64,000 nucleotides of DNA. It comes from an uncultured Actinomycetes bacterium. GTDB lineage: Bacteria; Actinomycetota; UBA4738; HRBIN12. The translations under genes were made by a program, and so were the position numbers. Of this stretch, positions 57,668 to 64,000 are shown piece after piece. Every line of letters starts with the position of its first letter. Position 1 is the first letter of the stretch. The notes beneath the pieces were generated by a model. That model made no database searches and was not told where the DNA came from. It worked only from the letters and a program-made list of their open reading frames with translations. The stretch is from assembly GCA_963816425.1 (NCBI GenBank), contig CAWFKP010000006.1, positions 190,490-254,489 on the forward strand, written 5' to 3'.

Positions 57668-58582
57668 ATGACGACGTTCACGTTGCTCGGCGTCCCTATC
57701 GACTCGGTGGGTCGATCCGGCGGCACGGAGCACGCGCCCGCGGCGTTCCGAGCGTTGACGCGCGAGGACGATCCGTGGGCGACCGACGCCGGCGATCTCG
57801 ACGTGCGGATCCGAGGCGATGTTCGCGATCCGGCGTCCGGCGTGATCGCGATCGACGACGTGCTGGACACGACCCGCCGCGTCGCCGACGCGGTGGCCGA
57901 CCTCACCGCCGAGGGATCGGCCGTGTTCGTGATGGGCGGCTGCTGTTCGTTGCTGCCCGGGGCGCTGGCGGGGGCCCGCCGAACCTACGGCCGCGTCGGG
58001 CTCGCCTACCTCGACGGACATCTGGATCTCTACGACGGCGTGACGTCGCCGACCGGCGAAGCGGCCGACATGCCGATCTCCGTGGTCCTCGGGCGCGGCC
58101 CGGCGGTGTGGGTCGAGGCGGCCGCCGGCACCTCGTCGCCCGACGACGTGACCCTGCTCGGTCCCCGCGACCTCGAAGAGGCCCTGACCTACGGACACCC
58201 CGATCCCGCCACGATCCCCGGGTTGACATTCGTCGACGCCGACGGGATCCGGCGCGAGGGCCCGGCGGTCGTCGGTCGAGAGGTGGCCGACCGGATCGCC
58301 CGTGACGTCGGCCACATGTGGGTGCATCTCGACGTCGATGTCCTGGACGAGCTCGTCTTTCCCGCGACCGACTACCTCGACCCCGGCGGGTTGGATCTTC
58401 CGCAGCTCACCGCTCTCCTCGGCCCGCTGCTCCGGTCGCCGGCGATCGTGGGCTTCTCGGTCGGTTGCTACAACCCCGACAAGGATCCGGCCGGCGAGTC
58501 CGGCCGAGCGCTCATCGACGCGTTCCGGACGGCGGTCGGCGACGGAGGCGCAGAGGCCGACGGGTATCCTTCGGGTCGATGA
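57668..58582 (+). CDS. Arginase/agmatinase/formimidoylglutamase (ureohydrolase) family protein with a non-canonical first metal motif
   Basis: ATG at 57668 within ORF 57542..58582. YLDGHLDLYD (DxHxD) and HLDVDVLD...DPGGL (DxDxxD) are present, but the usual GGDHS is GGCCS. Confidence 0.75.
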   Translation: MTTFTLLGVPIDSVGRSGGTEHAPAAFRALTREDDPWATDAGDLDVRIRGDVRDPASGVIAIDDVLDTTRRVADAVADLTAEGSAVFVMGGCCSLLPGALAGARRTYGRVGLAYLDGHLDLYDGVTSPTGEAADMPISVVLGRGPAVWVEAAAGTSSPDDVTLLGPRDLEEALTYGHPDPATIPGLTFVDADGIRREGPAVVGREVADRIARDVGHMWVHLDVDVLDELVFPATDYLDPGGLDLPQLTALLGPLLRSPAIVGFSVGCYNPDKDPAGESGRALIDAFRTAVGDGGAEADGYPSGR

Positions 58583-61080
58583 CGATCCCGGAGCACCTCG
58601 CCAACCGCGACCTCGACTCGTCGATCCTGGAGCCCCTCTCGGAGCCGCCGGCGCGCGCCCAGGTGGTGATCGTCGGCGGCGGTGTGATCGGATCCTCGAT
58701 CGCATACCACCTCACGAAGCTCGGGATCACCGACGTGCTGGTCGTGGAGCGGACGCGCCTGACGGGCGGCACGACGTGGCACGCGGCCGGGCTCGTGTCG
58801 CAGGTCCGAGGCACGCACGCGCTTGAGCGAGCTGTCGCGCATCAACGCGCCGCTGTACGAGGCGCTGCCGGACGAGACCGGCGTCGACACCGGGTTCCGG
58901 CGCGTCGGCTCGCTGACCGTGGCGCGGACGGCCGGGCGTATGCAGGAGCTGCTGGGCAGCGCCGATATGCATCGCGAGTTCGACGTCGAGGCGCGCGTCC
59001 TCGAGCCGAAGCAGGTCATGGACTGGTGGCCGATCGCCGAGGTCGACGATCTCGTGGGCGCGCTGATCGTGCCGAACGACGCGACGGTGAATCCGGGTGA
59101 CGCGGCGTTGTCCTTGGCCAAAGGCGCGCACGACCGAGGCGCGGTCTTCGCGTTCGGGGTGACCGTGACGGGGTTCCGCCGGGCGACCGACGGCTCCGTC
59201 ACCGGCGTGGACACGGACAAGGGCTCGATCGAGGCCGACACCGTGGTGCTGGCGGCGGGCTTGTGGACCTCGGAGCTGGCCAGGCTCGCCGGCACCTCCG
59301 TCTCGCTCTATCCGGCCGAGCACGTCTGGGTCATGACCGAGCCGCGTCGAGGGCGCCGAGGAGGGATTCCCGTTCCTCCGCGATCTGGACGGCTACTTCT
59401 ATGCGCGGCACCACGGCGGCTCGTTGGTGGTCGGCGCATTCGAGCCCAAGGGCAAGCCCAAGGCGCCCGGCGACATTCCCACGGACGGGTTCGTGGAGTT
59501 CGGCGAGGACTGGGACCACTTCGCGCCGGTGCTGGCGGCCGCGCGCGAGCGGCTGCCCGTCCTGCGCGACATCGGGTTCAAGCACTACCTGCGCGCGCCC
59601 GAGAGCTTCACGCCCGATGCCAACTTCCAGCTCGGCGAGTTCCCCGAGGTGAAGAACCTGTTCGTCGCGGCGGGGCTGAACTCCCAGGGGATCATCTACG
59701 GACCGGGGGCCGGCAAGGCGTTGGCGGAGTGGATCGTCGAGGGCCATCCGACGATGGACCTCACCGAGGTCGACATCGCGCGCATGGGCGGCTGGGCGAA
59801 CAACCGTGCGTGGCTGCACGAGAAGACGCAGGAGACCCTCGGCCGGCTCTACGCGATGCACTGGCCGGCGCTGCAGTCCGACGAGGGGCGCGGCGTGCGC
59901 CGCTCGCCGCTCTTGCCGCAGCTGCGCGTCGCCGGCGCCGCCGTGGGCGAGGCGGCGGGCTGGGATCGCGCCGCCTGGTTCGAGCCGGGCGCGGCCGTCG
60001 AGCCGCTGTGGATCTACGACTTCGAGCGCCCGTCGTGGTTCGGTCCCGTCGGCGAGGAGATGCGCGCCACGCGCGAGGGCGTCGCGCTGTTCGACCTCTC
60101 GACGTACGCGAAGTTCCTGGTGCAGGGACCCGAGGCGGTCGCGGGGCTCCAGCGCCTGTGCACGTCGAACGTCGACGTCGCGATCGGGCGTGTGGTCTAC
60201 ACCCTGCTGTGCAACGAGCGCGGCGGCATCGAGATGGATCCGACGGTCACGCGCCTGGGCGAGGACCGGTTCCTGGTCCTTGCGCCCACGCTGTATCAGC
60301 GGCGGACCGAGATGCTGCTTCGCAACGGGCTCCCGGCCGGCGCCACCGTGACCGACGTGACCGGTGGCTACGCGACGCTGCACGTCGCCGGTCCCGACAG
60401 CCGCGCCGTGTTGGCGGAGCTCACGGACCAGGATCTGTCGAACGAGGCGTTCCCGTTCCTGTCTTCGCGCGAGATCGACCTCGGGTGGGCGAAGGCGATC
60501 GCACTGCGGGTCTCGTTCACCGGGGAGTTGGGATGGGAACTGCTCGTGCCGACGGAGTTCGCCGGTGACGTCTACGACAAGGTCGCGGTGGCCGGGGCGG
60601 CTGCACGACATGCGCCACGCGGGCGCGTTCGCGTTCGACGCGCTTCGACTGGAGCGCGGGTTCCGTTCGTGGGGGCACGACATCGGCGTGCTCGACGATC
60701 CCTACGCTGTGGGTCTCGGGTTCGCCGTCCGGCTCGAGAAGGACGGGTTCGTCGGCAAGGACGCGCTGGCCACGTTGCACGATGCGCCGCGCGATCGCGA
60801 GCTCGTCAGCGTGAAGCTTGAGGATCCGGCCCCGATGTTGTGGCACGGGGAGCCCGTGGTGATCGGCAAGGAACGGATCGGCCACGTGACCAGCGGGGCG
60901 TACGGCCACCACCTGGGTGCAGCCGTCGGGCTCGCGTGGGTCCACGGCGATCTCGCCGCCGATCTGCCGGTCACTGTCGAGGTCCGCGGCGCCGAAGGTG
61001 CGGGCGATGCTCAGCCGCGAGCCGTTCTACGACCCGACCGGCGACCGGCTGCGCGATCGTGCGAGCAAGGCGCGGGCATG
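58579..61080 (+). pseudogene. Second dimethylglycine/sarcosine dehydrogenase-like gene (FAD + GcvT domains) carrying four frameshifts
   Basis: ATG at 58579 (ATGA overlap): VVIVGGGVIGSSIAYHL...GGTTWHAAGLV. Shift at about 58805-58826 to LSELSRINAPLY...LYPAEHVWVMTEP. Shift at about 59343 to VEGAEEGFPFLRDLDGYFYARHHGGSLVVGAFEPKGKP...VSFTGELGWELLV...VAVAG. Shift at the G-run 60595-60598 to LHDMRHAGAFAFDALRLERGFRSWGHDIG...VTVEVRGA. Shift at about 60990 to KVRAMLSREPFYDPTGDRLRDRASKARA-stop at 61080. Confidence 0.75.
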
Positions 61081-61642
61081 AGCGATCGCATCGAGGCGGT
61101 CATCCAGCTCCACGGCCGGACCGACATCGACACCCTGCTCGCGCGCTATGTGGACGATGCACGAGGCTCCGACCGACGGCGCGACCGCGGGCTCGGTCAA
61201 CATGAAGCGCCTCTACGGACACCCGGCGGATCTCCGCGTGGTTGTGCGAGCGATGGCCGGGACGGTGCCCTCGAGCGCGCAGGCGATCGGCGCTGCAGAC
61301 GTCGGCTCGATGCCGCTGGCGACGGCGCTGGCCTGGACGTTGGAACTGCCGGCGGTCTACGTGCGAGACGCCCCGGGCTCGATGCTCAGCTACGGCGACA
61401 CCCCGGCTCCCGATGGCGAGTCGCTGATCGGCGAGCGGCTGGAGCCGGAGACGATGGTGCACGTCGTCGACGACATGATCACCAGTGGCGAGACGGCCGC
61501 GCGAGCGCTCTCGATCTACCGAGGCGCGGGTCTCGTCGTGGACGAGATGACGGCGGTTCTCGGCGGCGCGTCCGAGGAGCGTCTGGTGCAGCTCGCGGAG
61601 AGCCTGTCGCTCACGATCCTGCATGTCCTCGTTCGTCAGTAG
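61077..61642 (+). CDS. Type-I phosphoribosyltransferase-domain protein (possible frameshift near 61140-61165)
   Basis: ORF 61148..61642 contains the PRPP-binding loop VHVVDDMITSGETA. An ATG at 61077 overlaps the upstream stop (ATGA) and encodes MSDRIEAVIQLHGRTDIDTLLARY in another frame, so the true N-terminus may be split. Confidence 0.65.
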
Positions 61643-61740
61643 CGGGTAGCGAACGTCACCGGCCGGCAGAGGATGCCATCTGACGGGTCCGACGACGGTC
61701 ATCCTCCAGGGAGGGCCCTGCCGGAGAACCGCCGACCCAG

Positions 61741-63324
61741 TTACGGGGAGGAGGAGACCGTCGGGGTTTCGATCTTGCCCCCGACCACAAGAGAGTCGGC
61801 TATCGCCCACGCTTGGTCGGAGGTGCCCGTGTCCGCACGGTTTCCGATCGCGACAAAGAGATAGAAGGCCCGGCCTTGGTCGATGAACGGGATCCACCAC
61901 CAGGTAAACGGATAGTCGCCGGTCTGTGCTGAGCAGCATGCGCGCTCCTCCGCCGTCCGGAAGCTTGGCGGTCTGTCGTCAGGAGCGTCGGCAGGGCCGC
62001 TCGCCTGGAGGCTGACGAAGGCGTCGGTTGAGGTCATCGCCGCAAGTGCAGCAGGAGCGACCGGCGCATCGAACACGCGCGGCTCATCGTTGGGATCGCG
62101 ACTGACCGGCATGCCGAAGGTTCCAACCGACAGGACCTCGGTTGGGTGGCTTAGCCATGGCGTGAGGTTCTCCTGCGCAACCGACCATCCCGGCGGTACC
62201 TCAACTTGGATCCCGCCGACGCTCGTTACGGTCGCTAGAGGAGGGGCGCTCGAGGCGTCGCTGACCCCGTTCGACACCGATTGCCACGAAACGCCGGAGT
62301 AAGCGCCGGGCTGGCCGACAGTGGTCACCGCCCGACTCGCCAGATCAAGGACGTAGATGTTGCGGTCGTAGCCTTGGCCTCGGATGCTCACGAGCGCCAT
62401 CTTCGCGCCGTCCGGCGACCACGCGATGCTGAGGTTCGCCGGGTCTGGGTCGCGAGTCAGCTGCGAGACCCCCGTGCCATCCGGTGACATCGCGTAGACG
62501 CCGGGAGCCCGATCGCCGCCCTCGCTCGTGAAAGCGATGAGACGACCGTCAGGCGACCAGGCCGGAGCATCTTCGTGCGCCGGATCGTCCGTGATCCGGT
62601 GGGCGCCGGAACCATCCGCGTTCATCACGTAGATGTTGGCGTTCGTTCCGTCGAAGGCGACATACGCGATCTGGGCCCCGTCTGGTGACCAGGTCGGGAA
62701 GCTGTGGAACCCGTGGTTGCCGGTGAGCACTCGCACGTCTGATCCGTCTGCGTTCATCACCCGGATCTGCTGGTCATCGTCGTAGCCGTGGACGTAGGCG
62801 ATCTGGGTGCCATCCGGCGACCATGCTGGGCTGTGATCAACCCGGTCAGCGGTGAGCCGTGTGGGAGCCGATCCATCGGCGCTTGCGACGTAGATGTCCC
62901 AGTTCCCTGCTTCTGGGTGCGGATCGTCGTAGGAGTTCACCGAGAACGCGATCTTCGATCCGTCGGGGGACCAACTCGGGACACCGACGAACCCCGGAAC
63001 GTCGACCCGGACCGTCATTCTCGCTGAGCCATCCGGACCGATGGTCCAGAACACCTGTTGCTCCCCGATCGGTGCGTACGCGATGACTCCGTTCGCGGGC
63101 GTCGGGTTTGATGGCTGAACCACTGCTTCGTGTCGAGGGTAGGCGCGTGCGACCAAGATCACGGCCGCTGCACCGATCGCGAGCGCCGCGGCGGCGATGG
63201 CCAGACGGCGCCAGCCCGTGGGCGCCAGGGTCAGGTCCGAGACGGGCTCGCGGCGTTCGATCTCGGGCCACAGGTCCGGCGCCGGCGCTCGCTTGAGGCC
63301 TTCGATCCGATCGTCGAGCTTCAT
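61741..63324 (-). CDS. Membrane-anchored TolB-like beta-propeller protein (PD40 repeats) with uncharacterised C-terminal domain; candidate anti-sigma/sensor partner
   Basis: 527 aa. One TM segment (LAIAAAALAIGAAAVILV) and six WSPDG-type repeats (WSPDGSKIAF, WSPDGTQIAY, WSPDGAQIAY, WSPDGRLIAF, ...). ATGA overlap with the ECF sigma stop. Confidence 0.75.
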   Translation of the reverse strand: MKLDDRIEGLKRAPAPDLWPEIERREPVSDLTLAPTGWRRLAIAAAALAIGAAAVILVARAYPRHEAVVQPSNPTPANGVIAYAPIGEQQVFWTIGPDGSARMTVRVDVPGFVGVPSWSPDGSKIAFSVNSYDDPHPEAGNWDIYVASADGSAPTRLTADRVDHSPAWSPDGTQIAYVHGYDDDQQIRVMNADGSDVRVLTGNHGFHSFPTWSPDGAQIAYVAFDGTNANIYVMNADGSGAHRITDDPAHEDAPAWSPDGRLIAFTSEGGDRAPGVYAMSPDGTGVSQLTRDPDPANLSIAWSPDGAKMALVSIRGQGYDRNIYVLDLASRAVTTVGQPGAYSGVSWQSVSNGVSDASSAPPLATVTSVGGIQVEVPPGWSVAQENLTPWLSHPTEVLSVGTFGMPVSRDPNDEPRVFDAPVAPAALAAMTSTDAFVSLQASGPADAPDDRPPSFRTAEERACCSAQTGDYPFTWWWIPFIDQGRAFYLFVAIGNRADTGTSDQAWAIADSLVVGGKIETPTVSSSP

Positions 63325-63800
63325 CCTTGCTCCCCTAGCTCTTCTCGGAGTCGTCGTCGAGCGCGACTCAGGTGAACCTTCACGGTGCCGCTGGTCGTTC
63401 CGAGGATCGCCGCAACCTCGGTGACCGGTTTGTCTGCGATGTAGTGGAGGACGGCGGCGGAGCGCTGACGGTCCGAGAGGTTCGCAAGCGCGAGCGTGAG
63501 CTCCACGGACTCAGGCTCGATCTCATACGAACGCTCTGGGAACGAGTCGCCTTCTCTCCGGCGGTTCTTGAGTTGGCCGGCCGCGATGCGGAAGGCAGCG
63601 CGCCACACCCAACGCTCCGGGTCGCGCACTTCGGTCCCGCGACGCAGGAGCTGCGCGAACGCCTCGGCGACGGCGTCGTTCGCGATCTCCGGATCCCCGG
63701 AGTACCCGAGTATCGCTCTCCACATGCTTGCGCCACGCTCACGGTAGAGGCGTTCGATCGCCTCGCGGGCCCCGTGCTCCGTCTCGACTCTCTCCACCAC
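63321..63800 (-). CDS. ECF (group 4) sigma-70 family RNA polymerase sigma factor
   Basis: ORF 63321..63866. Region 2 (…YSGDPEIANDAVAEAFAQLL...WVWRAAFRIA) and region 4 HTH (LSDRQRSAAVLHYIADKPVTEVAAILGTTSGTVKVHLSRARRRL). I prefer the GTG at 63800 because of the promoter-like element just upstream. Confidence 0.8.
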   Translation of the reverse strand: MVERVETEHGAREAIERLYRERGASMWRAILGYSGDPEIANDAVAEAFAQLLRRGTEVRDPERWVWRAAFRIAAGQLKNRRREGDSFPERSYEIEPESVELTLALANLSDRQRSAAVLHYIADKPVTEVAAILGTTSGTVKVHLSRARRRLREELGEQG

Positions 63801-63807
63801 CCGTATA

Positions 63808-63835
63808 GGACGTCTGGAGCGCCAACAGGTTGACA
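63808..63835 (-). promoter_or_regulatory. ECF-type promoter-like element (TGTCAACC-N15-CGTCC) upstream of the ECF sigma gene
   Basis: The minus strand reads tgtcaacc tgttggcgctccaga cgtcc tatacgg GTG. AAC-N16-CGT spacing matches ECF promoters. The -10-like element ends 8 nt before the GTG at 63800, which suggests a leaderless, autoregulated transcript. Confidence 0.3.
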
Positions 63836-64000
63836 GTAGGGGCGCGAAGACAGACATGAGAGCCAATCCGGGCGCTCTCCCTGGCGTGGCGGGCTTGTAG
63901 ACACAGCAACCCGGGGTCTGGCAGCTCCACGTGCCGCAAAGAGGTGGCTCAACGACTGGGCTCGTACGCGAACGGGGGTCGAACGGACCTAGCTCTCGAG

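Noticed and set aside
1-64000. Mobile elements, prophage, CRISPR arrays, defence or toxin-antitoxin systems, rRNA/tRNA genes.
   Set aside because: Scanning both strands, I found no transposase, integrase, recombinase or Cas-like ORFs. There are no regularly spaced direct repeats and no terminal inverted repeats. No small paired ORFs typical of TA modules are present. The window appears to be core metabolic chromosome.

Overview
High-G+C, gene-dense chromosomal segment that looks actinobacterial: GTG/TTG starts, many 4-nt ATGA/GTGA start-stop overlaps, and binding proteins with a Tat signal plus lipobox. I can support about 60 protein-coding genes. I found no rRNA, no convincing tRNA, no CRISPR array, and no transposase, integrase or phage genes. 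The content is almost entirely uptake and catabolism of small nitrogen compounds.

(1) 1-5962: the end of a Pot-type ABC importer, then crotonase, an ADP-forming acyl-CoA synthetase and a DMT exporter.

(2) 5976-7340: a short stretch of visibly lower G+C containing damaged secreted-protein/lipoprotein genes.

(3) 7375-28528: a choline/glycine-betaine supercluster. It holds betA, proV/proW-proW/proX, a dimethylglycine-oxidase-type fusion and a complete corrinoid methyl-transfer module (corrinoid protein, small PF13769-like protein, methyl-THF:corrinoid methyltransferase, RACo-type activase, non-pyrrolysine MttB-family methyltransferase, MetF). soxBDAG lies convergent to it, with an MmcQ/YjbR gene inserted in the operon.

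(4) 28663-34816: an IclR-headed operon of CysK-like enzyme, amidase, serine hydrolase, acyl-CoA dehydrogenase and DinB.

(5) 34833-35930: a poorly coding stretch with a sigma-70 fragment that keeps only regions 1.2-2.2, and a hairpin-rich ~300-nt segment.

(6) 35945-47124: a divergent amine-catabolic unit with PotABCD-type importer, SDR, IclR, aldehyde dehydrogenase, amidohydrolase-fold protein, omega-aminotransferase, alanine dehydrogenase and VOC.

(7) 47175-53453: a CoxM/S/L-type molybdenum hydroxylase translationally coupled to a cytochrome P450, followed by a class-III aminotransferase.

(8) 53467-61642: MgtC, MmsA, a GbcA/Stc2-like Rieske oxygenase, an arginase-fold protein with an altered metal motif, a second DMG-dehydrogenase-like gene with four frameshifts, and a PRTase.

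(9) 61741-63835: an ECF sigma factor with a TolB-like membrane partner.

Main caveat: I see at least ten single-base frameshifts and one in-frame stop in otherwise recognisable genes, mostly in short G/C runs. Either the assembly is indel-prone or several genes are decaying. All pseudogene calls are conditional on read-level verification. All family assignments come from reading motifs by eye, not from database searches.
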